A stretch of 64,000 nucleotides of DNA, taken from Anthoceros angustus. Lineage: Eukaryota; Plantae; Anthocerotophyta. Made by a program: the position numbers and the translations under genes. Positions 1 through 12,434 of the stretch are shown here, piece after piece; position 1 is the stretch's first letter; every line of letters starts with the position of its first letter. The notes under the pieces were generated by a model that saw only the letters and a list, made by a program, of their open reading frames with translations, ran no database searches and was not told the DNA's origin. The stretch covers positions 1,302,001 through 1,366,000 of the forward strand of contig MU008163.1 in the NCBI GenBank assembly GCA_010909165.1, in the 5' to 3' direction.

Positions 1-303
1 GTGCTGGCAGACACGGGCTGCAACCAAACCACATTCGATTTCTCTCTGCTGCTGCACTTGCTCAACAGCGAATATCGGGACGAGTACGCCGCTGTTGTCA
101 GAGGCCTCCGAGTGGTGGGAGGCATCGTGGTGGTCTTGGTCGGCAGGATGGAGATCACCTTCTGCGGGCAGTATTTCCCATCCCTCCCCATCCGGTACGC
201 GGACCTTCCTCATGTTGCTGTCATTGGTAGGGACCTGCTCAGTGAAGGAAGGTTGTTATACGATGGCGCCAACACGCGATTGCTCGTCAGCAAACCCAGT
301 TGA
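1..303 (+). CDS. Partial (5' truncated by window) clan AA retropepsin-like aspartic protease
   Basis: Frame open from base 1: VLADTGCNQT (catalytic DTG after hydrophobic residues) and VAVIGRDLL about 70 aa later (the hhGxDhL closing motif), then stop at 301-303. Confidence 0.5.
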   Translation: MLADTGCNQTTFDFSLLLHLLNSEYRDEYAAVVRGLRVVGGIVVVLVGRMEITFCGQYFPSLPIRYADLPHVAVIGRDLLSEGRLLYDGANTRLLVSKPS

Positions 304-386
304 ACTGAGTCGATTAATATTCACGACCAAAATAATTCCCCAAGTATGAATTCATCTCCTTGATTGGGGACCACTTACGAACTAAT

Positions 387-757
387 CTTTTGGAGGGAAG
401 ACTCTACCTGAACGAATCTATGGTACATAGGTATTTGAAATGAGTGTGTACACTCTCGCGGAGCTTTTGGTGGGAAGACGCTACATATGAACTAATCTAT
501 GGTACATGGGTATTTAAAACGAGTGTGTACACTCTCGAGGAGCTTTCCAATATACTCTCTGCATTCTCTTTTGGAGGGAAGACTCTACCTGAACGAATCT
601 ATGGTACATAGGTATTTGAAATGAGTGTGTACACTCTCGCGGAGCTTTTGGTGGGAAGACGCTACATATGAACTAATCTATGGTACATGGGTATTTAAAA
701 CGAGTGTGTACACTCTCGAGGAGCTTTCCAATATACTCTCTGCATTCTCTTTTGGAG
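387..757. repeat. Direct tandem duplication, 2 x about 181 bp, each with two diverged internal subrepeats
   Basis: agctttccaatatactctctgcattctc at 541 and 722; gggaagactctacctgaacgaatctatgg at about 395 and 576. Confidence 0.95.
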
Positions 758-2320
758 AGGAGTGAGGTCGGTAAAGCGCTTCCAATCCTCGAGAACTAAC
801 CTGAGGTCCGCAAGTTTCCTTTGGAGGCCTGTGCAGCAATTGGCGTGCATAGTGCAAACTTGGTCGAAGTCCTTGCTCACTTCGCAGAATCCTCCAAAGT
901 AAAGCGTGTCCAGGAATTCCACCTTGATACCTATCTTCTGATAAGTCTCATCGCCCTTAATGAAATTGAACACATCTTGGTCATGCTTATGCGGATGTTT
1001 CAGCCGAGATGCGTGCCAATATTTGTAAAATTCCCGTGTTCTTTCGTTGGCGCGAACATACACAAACCCTCCATTCGGCAAGTTGCTAAGGTCTGTGGGA
1101 TGGCCGCTGTACTTATCACAGGCAATCTGGAAATCGGGTTCCTTGGAAAATATCGGGAAAGGGTTGCGCAACCACATTACGTCCGCGTCCTGCGCAGTTC
1201 ACAAGCAGTGCTGGTGAGCCGTCCTGTTGTCACTTGGTTACACTCCTAAACAAACCAAAAACACAGAACACAATGAGATGCAAATTTTGATTCCAGGAAG
1301 GTTGAAGAGTCAGCATTGTAGTCACCGTGAAGACAAAATTGTAGCCAAGATCAAGCACTCCTCGAAGAAACTCTATTCTCCGCCACATCATTTTCAAATA
1401 GTCATCTGTCATGAAAAATTTCTCCCCAGCGAAATCTACTCCCTCAGTCCTCAGACGGTAGCAGTGCTCGTGACTGTGAACACAGCGGTTGTAAGAAAAC
1501 TCATCCAGAGTCACAACGACAAGATGGTGGACAAGGTGGCTGATGTTCTCCCCCCGTTGGAAGCTGCTGAGAAACAGGTCAAACATAGAGTTCTCAACCG
1601 CCCACGCTTGATTCAAAGTTGTAATAATTACAGTTTTATCTTCAGTAGCAGCCCTCTCTAGCACTCCTTGCAAATACGGTAGCTCGCTCTGCACCAGACC
1701 CACACGAATTAATCAAACAATCTCTAAAGAAGTGTTCACGCTAAGGGTTAATGACCCCACCTCAGACTAATAAAACAGCTGAAATGAAACTCAAGCTAGC
1801 CAAAAAGGTACCCTATCCATTTCTGCGATGGCACCGAACCGGGCTCTGAGTTCCAGGAATATGCGTATTACTGACCATTTTCCGTATGGAAAAAAGGGTC
1901 AATAATACGCGTACACCCGTGACCTGTGGCAATGGCACCCTGGTGGCACAGGGCCGAGTGGCTACCGAAATAAAGCCTGCAGAGATCCCCTCACCTGCCA
2001 CTGGGTGCGCACAGGGCCGAGTGGCTCCCGAAACAAAGCCTGCAGAGATCCCCTCACCTGCCTTTGGATGCTCACAGGCTCAAGTTTGAAAGCAAAACAG
2101 CGCAAACAACGAAAAAATGCCTCACCGCGTTTCCTTTGGCGCCAAGCCAATCGTCATCCCCCACCACCAATTGCTTCCATCTCTCCGCAACAGACTCTGG
2201 TGAAATCATCTTGAACACTCCGTGCGTCTGGAGAATGACTAGATACGGAAACACCACGAACGTGGTGCAAACCACCACGCGGATCACATCCTTCAACTTC
2301 AACCTGGTAATCATCGACAT
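695..2320 (-). CDS. Nucleotide-diphospho-sugar transferase family protein (GT77-like, type II membrane), spliced
   Basis: DKTVIITTLNQAW...MFDLFL...YLKMMWRRIEFL...GYNFVFT joins DADVMWLRNPF (DxD) across an intron at 1190-1325; NGGFVYVR, HDQDVFN, MHANCC downstream. Probable first exon with a TM helix at 2320-2165; the link to it is less certain. Confidence 0.88.
1947..2078. repeat. Tandem repeat, 2 x 63 bp, probably intronic
   Basis: acagggccgagtggct...aaagcctgcagagatcccctcacctgcc at 1948 and 2011. Confidence 0.85.
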
Positions 2321-3774
2321 GGCTGCGGAACCTCACCCTCTTCCAGCTCCCGGAGCAGGGGAAACGAAATTCCTGCTTGTGACACCACAAAATACTCCAA
2401 ATCCGCGTCACAGCCGCAACAACAACATCACCGCTCACGGCAGCCGGCACTTCTCAGCCTCGCAATTCCCGCCACAAAATCAACCTCAAACACTCTCCAA
2501 CACAAACAGCTGTACAAAACTTCTCTCCACATCCCGATCCCTGCTCTCCAAATTCAGCTCCTCCACAATTCCGGCTCAAATCTCAGACTCCACTCCAACC
2601 CCTCCCTTCCAACCTCAGCTCCACTTCCCTTCCCTTCGCCTTCCTTGCACCAAAAACCAGACTCCGGACCGCGACCAAACATTCCGCAACCCCGCTCCTA
2701 CGCCGCTGCAATCCACGCCTCGTCTCCAGACCGACTCCGAGTGCGCACTCCGCTGGCCCGAGAGGCGGCAGACTGGGAGTCTGCATATGGCAGGTTCGGA
2801 TCCGGTCCGCAACCCGTGCCGCCCGCCTCCCCCGGTCGCCGCCCGGCCCGGACTCAACCCAGTCAATACGCGCTCCTTCGACTCCGGACCAACTCAACCA
2901 TATGCTATTTGCAACCTACAAGCAGGTAGGTACATACTTCCATATACATATCTGGTCTATCTACTGTAGTAGACGTGTCCCTCTCGAGACGGAAGGCATG
3001 CCTGTAGATCACTTGTCGCGTGCACATGCGCCGGTCGGCTACCATCCCAAAACCGGTCGTGCGCCAACTCCGACCCGCCTCCCCCTCGCGCCTGCCCTAA
3101 CACGTAAGCCGTACACGAACCGGAAGCAAGGCTTCCACTTTTCGCAAACAAAACAAAGCAAATAGCAATCGCTTATACTGTAGTAAAGAAGTAGCGTTAA
3201 CCTCCCGCTGGAATCGACTTGAAATTGGTAACTTCCTAAGCTTCCATGCTACACACAATGCAGGACCTGGTCGGAAGCTACCAAATGAAGAACAGGGATT
3301 AGGTTAGGTTTCCCCGTAGTTCATGAAGGACTTCAGGCAAAGGACGAAGTGAAGTCTGACAAAGTGGGTTACACGACGCTCCCTGGCAATGCAACCTAAT
3401 AAGTAAGCTTTTAGTTAGTAGCACTGTGCTGGGTCGGCACCGCCAAGTGAACTTGCAGTTGGAGTGAAGTCTAAAAAATCCTTGTTCCTAGTTTGTCACA
3501 GCGTAACAGCACGAAACTCCAAGTCCAACTTCCAAGGCGGCGAGTATTATCATTTGCACATGCAGCACGGATTCAACATAATAGGGACATAAGTCGGGAA
3601 ACTCGATTGGGAAGCGCGATTCGTGAATCATGCATGAGTCGTGTCCTTGGAATGGCGGGCTGGTTAAAATGCTAAATTTTATAAGTGTAGTGGTGAGTGC
3701 TTATAAGTAGTTGTGGCTTGTTCCCGAGAACGCCAGCTGGCGCTGGCTCCCGTCCCGTTCCGGTCCGTGTGGGA

Positions 3775-4986
3775 ATGGCCGGGCAACCACAACACCATGT
3801 AATGAGCTCGCAACACGGTGCGGGCGTTGCGAGGCAATGCGGGCGGCGATGGAGTCAGGTAGGCAGGCGAGGCGGGGAGTGCGAGGTAGGCGGCTATGGC
3901 GGAGACGAAGCACACGGCGGCGATGCCGGATTCGCCTTCACACCTGGGTACGAGCCGTCGGCGCCGCCGGCTCCGCCGGGGCTCGGGGGCAGGCAGCAGG
4001 GCACGGATTTCTTCCTGGGAGGGGAGTATCCGCCGGCGGAGTTCCGGCGAGGGGCCGGGCTAGGGCGGGGGACGCTGCCGGTGCAGGCGCAGGAGCAGGA
4101 GCTGGGGGAGACGGTGGGGCAGAGGATTGTGGGAGTGCTGGCGGGCGTGGCGCGCGGGCTATGGCGGACGTCGCACACGGTGCTGCGGCTGGAGCTCCGG
4201 CGGGAGTGGGGTACGGCTACATCCCGCCTGTGAGCCGGCTGCAGCCTGGGCGCACCATCGCGGACCAGCCCGGGGCCACGGCGTCCACAGGCGGGCCTTG
4301 TATGGCGGCCAGGCCGAGGTTTCTCCGACCAGGAGTTGCAGGGAGCGGGGAAGTTGCTGCAGGGCGGGGGGAGGCTGAAGCTCATGCAGATATGGGAGTT
4401 TTCGGACCAGGCGGAGGAGATGGGTGGAGGAGAGGTGCTCGTGCTTGGAAATGGAAATGGAACTGGAAACGGAGATGGAAAGGGCGCTGTGGAGGGAGCG
4501 GGGGAGGGATTGGAGGTTGGGAGGAGACGGAGGAGGATGAGGTTTCCGTGGCGGGTGAACCTCGGGCTTGGAGCCAGCGTGGAGATGGAGAAAGGGATGT
4601 TGGAGCCGCGGCTGCGGGTGCGGGGAGATCATGTGGCTCTGCATCTCCTGCCGGACCCGGTGCTGGAGTTCCGCGGGAAGTGGCCCGTGCTCAACACGCA
4701 GCTGGCCGTGGATGTGCGGTACCGGGTGCCGCTGCAAGGGTTGCACCGGTTCTGGGAGGATTCCGGGGCCAGGCTCATGGTGAATCTGTTTAATCCGCTG
4801 GGAACAGGAGTCCATCTTACGCCCGGGGGATTGGAGTTCGATGAGCACGTGCTGCAGGTAGGGAAGTACACCACGATTAGGGTGGCGGCTTCTGTGGATT
4901 TCCCCCGCCAGTTTCCCCTGTCCGAAGGGGAGCAGCCTGTCAAGGTTCGGATCAACCGGCTAGGGCTCAAGACCAGAGTACTATAG
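3775..4986 (+). CDS. Hypothetical protein, probably two exons: Gly-rich N-terminus and beta-strand-rich C-terminus
   Basis: Two same-frame GC3-rich ORFs (3697-4233, 4336-4986) separated by a short stop-containing gap with GT donor and CAG acceptor candidates; exact junction phase not resolved. No family recognised. Confidence 0.6.
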
Positions 4987-5532
4987 AGTATTGGAATGGT
5001 GGGGTTTGTGGACCCGGGGACAGCATCTGCGCACATGCATTCTGTGCTTGCTGCACGCCGTCGGAAACACATGTTGGATGACACAGGAGTCGCTGATCAA
5101 CAAATGGAATCGGCGTGGTAGGAGGTGGGTGCAAGGACGGGTAACGTTCAAGAGAGTAGCCAAAAGAAGGCAACAACCCCGACTGCACCGAAAGCATACT
5201 GGATTTGACCAGACTTGAGTCTGAGGACCTTGAAAGGGAGGTTTGTGACAGCCCACACACCTTTCCCATTCCAAGAGGAAGTAGGTTGGGTCCGGTCTGA
5301 TCGGGTTGGATCAGTCACATCATAAACGTCCTCCATGACTGGGCATTGTTGTTTTTGAGTTTGGATTCTTCCTGTAGTGGGAGACAAGATGCAGTGGATT
5401 GTCCGTATTGCTTGGCTTGCCTTGTGCGGGTGGTGGTAGGAGTGCCGACTTTCGTACAACCTTTTCCAGGCTCCAATGATGTCCTGAGAAGATTCCCACC
5501 GGTTGTGTGTTGATTCTGCAGTGCTGGTAGAC

Positions 5533-7090
5533 TCAGATTACGCCTGCATCAATCTCTGGAGGTCTGTGTAGCTGCGATGAAGCAGTGGTGGAGCTACCGT
5601 CCTCCTGTAGAGCCTGCAGGGTTGAGTATATTACGGTAAAGCTTGTCCCAATGAAGCAGAACTGGAGAGAGCTACTTGCAGAATGCAGAACATACCTCCT
5701 CTGTCGAATCCGAGGGTGGGTTGGAGTTATGTGTTGGCCGCAAAGCTCTTGCGAGTACTCTCCTGTTTCTCCTTTGTTGACGAGCTCGCCAGCATTCCAG
5801 TACAAGACGGAGGATTGTGGTTACACCCAAGAAAATCAAGACACCTGCAACAATGGTCGGACCGTAGTGAATGAAGGGCAAGCTCTGTGCTAAGGTTTTG
5901 GTCCATTTTCAACTCTGATAATTCACATGTGGTGCATGACATGCTTGATGAAAGTTCCACTTGCAGTATTTGCCAAAAACATCGGCATACAAGAAGATGT
6001 ACCTATAATGATATTCACAGGAAGAGCCGAGGCCCCAAGAAATACGGAAATTAGTACGTCAAAGAGTAGTCCGCTGACGAGGATCACCAGGGCCACCCAG
6101 AGCGGCTGGAGACGAAACTGTGAATCAGAACAGAAGCAGAACAACCTTGCTTGAAATGTAGATGGTGGTACATACGAGAAACAGGACTGCAAAAAAGCAA
6201 CTCAGTTCGTACCCTGTTTGGAGCTTGCCCATCTAACGTCCACACCCAGAATTGCTGCTGCAGAGAACAGGACAAATCTGATCAGCGAGGACCACTTAAC
6301 TGGAAAGAGCTCGCGAGATTTCTAAACAAGAGTGCAGTCGCCGACTTACTCCTGGTTGCGTCATCGGAGGAAGGACGTTCAGGCAGATCTCCCTGAAGAG
6401 AAAAACAGGGCATGAGTCTGAGAGGGAAGGAAACAGGAAACAGAATTCCAGGGGAGATGAGGATGCCAGCAACCTTACTTGCATATCTCGCAGTCGTTGG
6501 TGCCCCTTGTGGCAAACCATGCGTCTATGCATGTCCGGTGGGCCACAGCCAGTCCACCCCGACAAGCACATCCCAATTCAATCAGCGGCTCTTCAGATGT
6601 GTGCTGACAGATCCTGCCAACCAACTTAGCAGCCATGAGAGACCCACTCCTCCATCCCATCCCATCCCATCCCATCCATCCCCGGCTTCCCAGCTCCCAC
6701 AGCCATATCTCACCTGCAGGTGTCCCCGCTGCTGGAGCTCCGGGGAATGTCAGACCCCGAGCCCGTCCCGCCCGTCTCCTCCCTTCCATCCGCATTTCCG
6801 ACATCCGAGGCGTTGGAATTCCGCAATTCAGACCCGCTCTCCTGCACATCCTTCACCTCCACCACCACGGTTGTCTGCTCCCCGCTCTCCTCCGCATCCT
6901 TCACCTCCACCACCACCACCACCTGCTCCCCGCGACCGCCCTCCTCCTGCGCCCGCTCCGCCTCCCCCGACCCCTGCTGCTCCTCTAGCTCCGTGTGGCT
7001 GCCAGTCGGCGACTGCTGGTCGTGAATTCTTTCCGACTGCTCAGCCCTGATCCACAAGCCCCGCACCGACGACAACATTCTCGGCAGCAT
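5533..7090 (-). CDS. RING-CH (RING-variant, C4HC3) E3 ubiquitin ligase with two C-terminal TM helices, multi-exon
   Basis: TCR|ICQHTSEEPLIELGCACRGGLAVAHRTCIDAWFATRGTNDCEICK; then QPLWVALVILVSGLLFDVLISVFLGASALPVNIIIG and VLIFLGVTTILRLVLECW. Last exon and stop are uncertain. Confidence 0.85.
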
Positions 7091-8091
7091 GCTGGTCAGT
7101 CCTGCCCTGGCAGCAGGAAGCGCACCTCCGGTCTCCTTGCTTACAATTGCTGTTGCCGCTCATTCCAATCCAGCACCACCGTGTGGGGCCACACTGCGTC
7201 ACAGGAACCGCAGCAGCGTAACATGTCCACCATAGCCTGGCAGCCTCAGCCTCTCTCCCGCCTCCGGGCCTTTTGCAATGCACAACCGATCCCAATGCCC
7301 TCCCCTTACTCGGACACTTCCGTGAGCACCAATCGCCTTGGAATTCAGCACTTCGCACGCATCGATGAGGGATTTTGGTTGAGCGTGCCTTCCTTCTCCT
7401 GACGCACGTGTAATGTTAAATGCAATATTCTAACTACATATGCAAAAACTTACCCACTACGGAGGACTGTCCATATGGGTGTTCACAACTTTTTCCATGC
7501 ATATAGAGAAGCTGGACAATTTTGTATGGAGGTGATCTCTCGATTGTTTGAAGACATGCTTTTGTTGGGAAGTGCTTGCACAATCGGAGTAGTTTTTGTA
7601 TGTCATACAGACTATTAGAGTGTAAGGGGTTGCATGTCGTAAGACCATTTTTGAATGTAAGGGAGTCGTGCATATTGTATATCAGGCTAGCTGGACATAC
7701 CATTCAAGGGTTGCTATTTTGTATTAGGGTTCTGGAGTTTCCACCTCTGGTATACATTGTTCACGATAGAGCACATCATTAACTCCAGTATGTATTGTTC
7801 ATGACAGAGCAATTTAACCATTCATGGTGTGTGTGAGGCTTACCGGGGGGCCGAGCATTGTGAGGCTTGCTGGAGGGCCGAGCATGACAGAGTACATTTA
7901 ATCATTTATCATATATGTTATGAAGCTTGCTGGAGGACTGAGCATTGTGATCATTGTTACATATTTTATACCCTATAGATGGTTAGCATTTAGTAGCATT
8001 TAGTAAATACGACAGTTCGGATCAAGAATTTAGAAGAAAGAGCCACTGTAGGGTAAGTACGATAGCGATGAAAGTGGGTTTCTTGATCGGT

Positions 8092-8420
8092 AGCCTTCCA
8101 GCCGTCCTACTAATCACAACAGGCTGGACTACAACCTATGCTTACATGAAGTTACCAGCCTTCCAGCCGTCCTACTAATCAAAACAGGCGGAGCTACAAC
8201 CTATGCTTACATGAAGTTTCCAGCCTTCCAGCCGTCCTACTAATCACAACAGGCGGGGGTACAACCTATGCTTACATGAAGTTACCAGCCTTCCAGCCGT
8301 CCTACTAATCACAGCAGGCGGGGCTACAACCTATGCTTACATGAAGTTACCAGCCTTCCAGTCGTTCTACTAGTCACAGCAGGCGGGGCTACAACCTATG
8401 CTTACATGAAGTTACCAGCT
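8092..8420. repeat. Minisatellite, 5 x 65 bp
   Basis: agccttccagccgtcctactaatcac...ctacaacctatgcttacatgaagttacc starts at 8092, 8157, 8222, 8287, 8352. Confidence 0.95.
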
Positions 8421-8839
8421 CTCGCAACACAGCCTTTGCTAACACCCAGGATAGCCCGTCTAATTCAAGACGTTGGATGCACTCCAATCAAAATGAAGCA
8501 TCACGAGTCTCTGCTGCTTATGCTCGTCTCTCTGAGAAGTACCTTGAGGAAGCAATCACTGGTCACTCCTTCAACCTTCTCCACAATCAAACCGTTGTTT
8601 CGCAACAGGAACATGAGTAACTCGATGGGATCATTTGCTTTCACTGACTTGGATTCCGGTGTCTGCGGCAGGTTGCACACTATGGCAACCTCAAGGACGG
8701 GCTCTCCGATTGCTGTCCACCATCGTCACTAGGATTGCTCACTGTCCCTTTGGGCGGAGTAGCTTGCAATCAATGCAATCCAGGCGACTAGGTCCCTTTC
8801 ATGCAACAAATCAAAATCCTACTGTGCATCAAGGCATGC

Positions 8840-9190
8840 ACCCAGACTTTCCATACATGTTCATCAAACTGCCAGCGTCAAGTACATCAGCTGCGAGCCC
8901 TTGCTCTTCAATCTGTGCATGCAGCTACCTTCCGAGAAGCAAAGCTGCCAAATTTGCACATGTCTGCAGGAGGAACAACAAATGTAACGGAATTGCGTAC
9001 ATCGGTGCTTCTTCTTGCATGACACTGTAAAGGCAAAGGGGTTCCTGGTTCATGCCTTGCTCGGAATACCCTGCACCTTATAAGAGCAGTCCACGTTACA
9101 ACCTCTTTTTCACTGAGTCCCTCAAATACTCTTTGCGCATCCTCGCTGAACGCCGGTATCAACCTGCCAGTCCCAATTCCCATGACCGCT
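8840..9190 (-). pseudogene. Degenerate PLS-class PPR gene fragment
   Basis: EDAQRVFEGLSEKEVVTWTALI and, in another frame, FLLQTCANLAALLLGR*LHAQIEEQGLAADVLDAGSLMNMYGKSG; stops and frameshifts. Limits approximate. Confidence 0.7.
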
Positions 9191-10412
9191 TAATCTTCCC
9201 TTCCCATGCCTGAATCGATAATGGGCTGGCAAAGCTTTGCAAATTTCTCCGGACACACATTCAAGGCATCGAGGCATGGGCCAGTAGCCTTGCAGGTTGT
9301 AAGCAACTGTGGGAAGCTTGACTTTCATGAAAGGAGGGAGCATGTGGTGGACCAAGCTTAAAGAGGCCCATTTTTCCCTTTTGTGAGCCTTCCAGGCTTT
9401 TGTAGAATAAGTTGGCCTGGTTGGCGGCAATGGCAAGCAGATGTAGTGCCGCACTTAGCATCGTATCGTCTACCTTGTTCAGCCTTGTTCAGAGTCTCCA
9501 GATGTTGTGGAGTTCTCAAACCTGGAGGAACTCCGGTTAGAAGGAAATGGTATGGAGGGTATGTGAATCAAAAACGTTCCCATCCGTAAAATTGGCTCTA
9601 ACAAACCACACTGTATTAACAAGCTTACATGGGAAGAATGCATGCTCAAGAATGTGAGGTATGGGTTCTCATGTGCCAAGTACCTTAACTGTCACCAAAA
9701 ATATGCTTCAACATATCAGCCTGGCATCGAAAGGATTGTTTGCAACCCGTGTGAGCGCAAGGCACCATTTCTGATGCCATTTTATCGAAGAATCAGAAAC
9801 AACACAGGAGAACACATGCGACAAAGCCGACTCCAGTTTCCCCCAATCCTCGCCCTTGAGCACCCAGTCGAACGTCGAATCATCAATTGCACGCCGAGCT
9901 CAGCGAGCATGAAGTCATCATCCACGGGACCCTGAGTTTAAATACATGGCGAAAGCTTCAACATAGAAGGTTAAAACCGTCAAGTATGGAAAGGCCCGAG
10001 CATAGGAGAATTCATAGTTAGATAGGAGTGCGAGATTACGAATTTCTTGAAACTATGTACATATGTACATGTACATCTACAGGTGTACATACGCCCGTGT
10101 AGCCGATTCCCCCCTTCTCCGCGGCAGGGCAGGAAGGAGCGTGTGGGCCGATTGCCCCAGTCTCTCCTCCCGCTTTGTTTGCATCCTATGCGGGGGCCGC
10201 TCTTTCCTGCGGTGCCGCCTCACGGCTGCCAGCGGGCTTCCCCCGTCTTGTGCCCTCGGGCAAGGGTTTCTGCTGGGCCGCAGCTGAATTGGGGAGTCCG
10301 TTGCTGTTGTTGTTGCTGAGAAATCGGTTTTGTGCTCGCCTTGTCTGAGGCGAGGTGAGATGGTGACGAGCCCTTGCTGATCAGTGTCGGATCTTGAGTG
10401 TGCTGGGCGGAG

Positions 10413-12205
10413 ATGTCGGTATTTTCGGTGACCACTTTGGACAGGCTCATTGAGTCGCTGGATGAGCGGGGGGCGGCGTCCTCCAGGCTGGCCAGTGCCG
10501 TGGAGCAATGTTGCTCGGCGGCCTCGTCTTTGAAGACTGTGGCTTCGTCTTATGCGTCCTCTTTGAAAGGATCGCAGGCTGCCGCTTCGGCCCTGCCCGC
10601 TTCCTTTGTTCTAAGGAGCTCTCCTCGGCTGACTAGTTCTCAGGACCTGCCTGCTGTGTCTGGGTTGGAGATTCCCGGTGCAGATGGGGTTGAACAGGTC
10701 GGCGGGTTGGGTGGGATCGGTGGGAGTGCCCGTGGGGAAGAGGTTGTGGAAGGCAGGCCGCGGTTGAGCAGGAGTTTGTCTGCCGGCCGAAGTCGGACGC
10801 TGAAGAATCTGCTTGCTCAGTCGTTGGAGGCAGGCAGGGAATCCGGGGTTGATTGCAGGGCTCAAGACTTCGCGGTTACGGGGCCTGGGGAATGCGTTCA
10901 TGACGCCGACCTGGAGTTCTGTGCTCATAGGCCTGGCTCGTCCCCACACCCTAGCATCCGCTCTTCCGCCGGTGACGAGTATGTTGATGCATCGGATATT
11001 TTCTACGATGGTGAGCGCTTGTTGGCAATACCGCGACTTCCATAGCTGGAATTCGCTCTTGTTCGTCCATGAAGGATGCTGATTCTGTCTGGATGTCTGT
11101 GATTTTTGCCTCTCCAAGTCTTTACTGTTGTGGCCATTTGACTTGACAGCTACCATGATGTGTGGCTGTGCTTAACCTAAGGGTTTTAATGTTTGTCAAA
11201 TTGCCCTTGCTGGCTGGTGTTTTGTGACTGGGCATTTGGCATCTTGTTTGACTTACAAGAATGCATCTAATGTCTTGCTGCAGGGTCCTCAAGTGATGAT
11301 GAAAGCTCAACGTCAGCCCAATTTAAAGAACGGAGTTATTTTCCAAGTCTTGCAGCGTATCGGGATTTAGCTTTGCAGCTGCAACGTGAGATTGAAAAAC
11401 GTAGACAGATCGAAGGTGTGGTATCGACGTTGCAAGAGGAGCTTGAGGTGAGAAGGCTGTGTTCAGTAGTGCCTCTCAGTGTCTCCAGTGTGAGCGCGGA
11501 GCTGGCAGCATCAAAAAAGCTAGAGGACGAGTGGCTTCAAAAGATGTCAGTCGCCCGCATATTGGCTGGGGCTATCGCTAGAGGGGTTGCCAAGGCAGAG
11601 GCACAGGAAGAGCTGAAAAGTGTCATTGGGGATAAGAATCGTGAGCTATCGAGGTATCGTGACAAAATTCATTACTATGAGACCATCATCCATGAGATGT
11701 CGCAGATCAATCAACAATCGATCGGTGAGCAGTTCGTTATTCTCAACGGCCTTGACAGTTTTTGTATGGTGCTTTCTGAATTTCCTTGTTTATGTACGCT
11801 CTGCACTTGCTTTTTCATGTGCATTCTGCATTTGCTTGTTCATGTGCTTTCTGCATGTGCTTGCTCATGTCCTTTAGTAAACCAAAACCATGTTATGCAT
11901 TTTTGTCCTCCCCCTTTGTGGACTGCAAGTGATCCATGCTTAAGCTGTGTGCACTGTTGTTCCGTACTGCAGAAACAGCTCGGCAACGAAGGCGAAGGCG
12001 TCAGAAGGTAACCCGTTGGGTTATGGGATCTGTGGGACTAGCAGTGTGCCTAGGTTTGTCTGCTGCGGCGGTCCACCGCTACGGTGTTTGGGAGCAGATC
12101 AAGGACCTGAAGTGGAAAACATCTTCCGCTGGCAATGAGTGTCAGAATCTAGCAGAGAGTACTGTCAGTCATGATTTTGCAGGTGAGATCTTTGCTGAAC
12201 TGTAA
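10413..12205 (+). CDS. Plant coiled-coil protein with C-terminal tail anchor, spliced
   Basis: Coiled-coil exon (LQREIEKRRQIE...ARGVAKAEAQEELKSVIGDKNRELSRYRDKIHYYETIIHEMSQINQQSI) followed by basic RQRRRRRQK and TM WVMGSVGLAVCLGLSAAAV, a conserved plant tail-anchored pattern recalled from memory. Middle exons uncertain. Confidence 0.7.
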
Positions 12206-12434
12206 TGCACCCTATATGAGGAGGCAATTGATATGGGATGGGCAGTCGAGTACGGCAGGGGAATGTTGTATCGCCTCAGAACTGTCGGTTTCTTCCGTTT
12301 GTTCTCTGGTGACGTCCTCGTTGTGAGAAAACTTGTGTACACACACAGTAAAAACTCTGATGCGAAATGCTGTCTAATTTTGTAAATTCCAACCGAAAGT
12401 CGGTTGATCAGTGCAATGATTCCGGAACCACTTG

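Noticed and set aside
2064-2969. 301-aa plus-strand ORF
   Set aside because: Pro/Ser/Thr-rich antisense read of the glycosyltransferase first exon and its GC-rich upstream region; no domain motifs.
4404-4416. Partial matches to conserved miRNAs (miR166-like here, miR160-like near 23030)
   Set aside because: Only 11-13 nt match, no supporting hairpin, and the first lies inside a CDS.
3711-4848. 360-aa (+) and 229-aa/163-aa (-) ORFs
   Set aside because: Alternative-frame and antisense shadows of the GC-rich 3775-4986 gene; Arg/Gly/Ala-biased.
8092-8420. Regular repeats that could be read as a CRISPR array (also 45308-45697 and 55626-55803)
   Set aside because: Units are contiguous with no unique spacers, there are no cas genes, and the context is eukaryotic.
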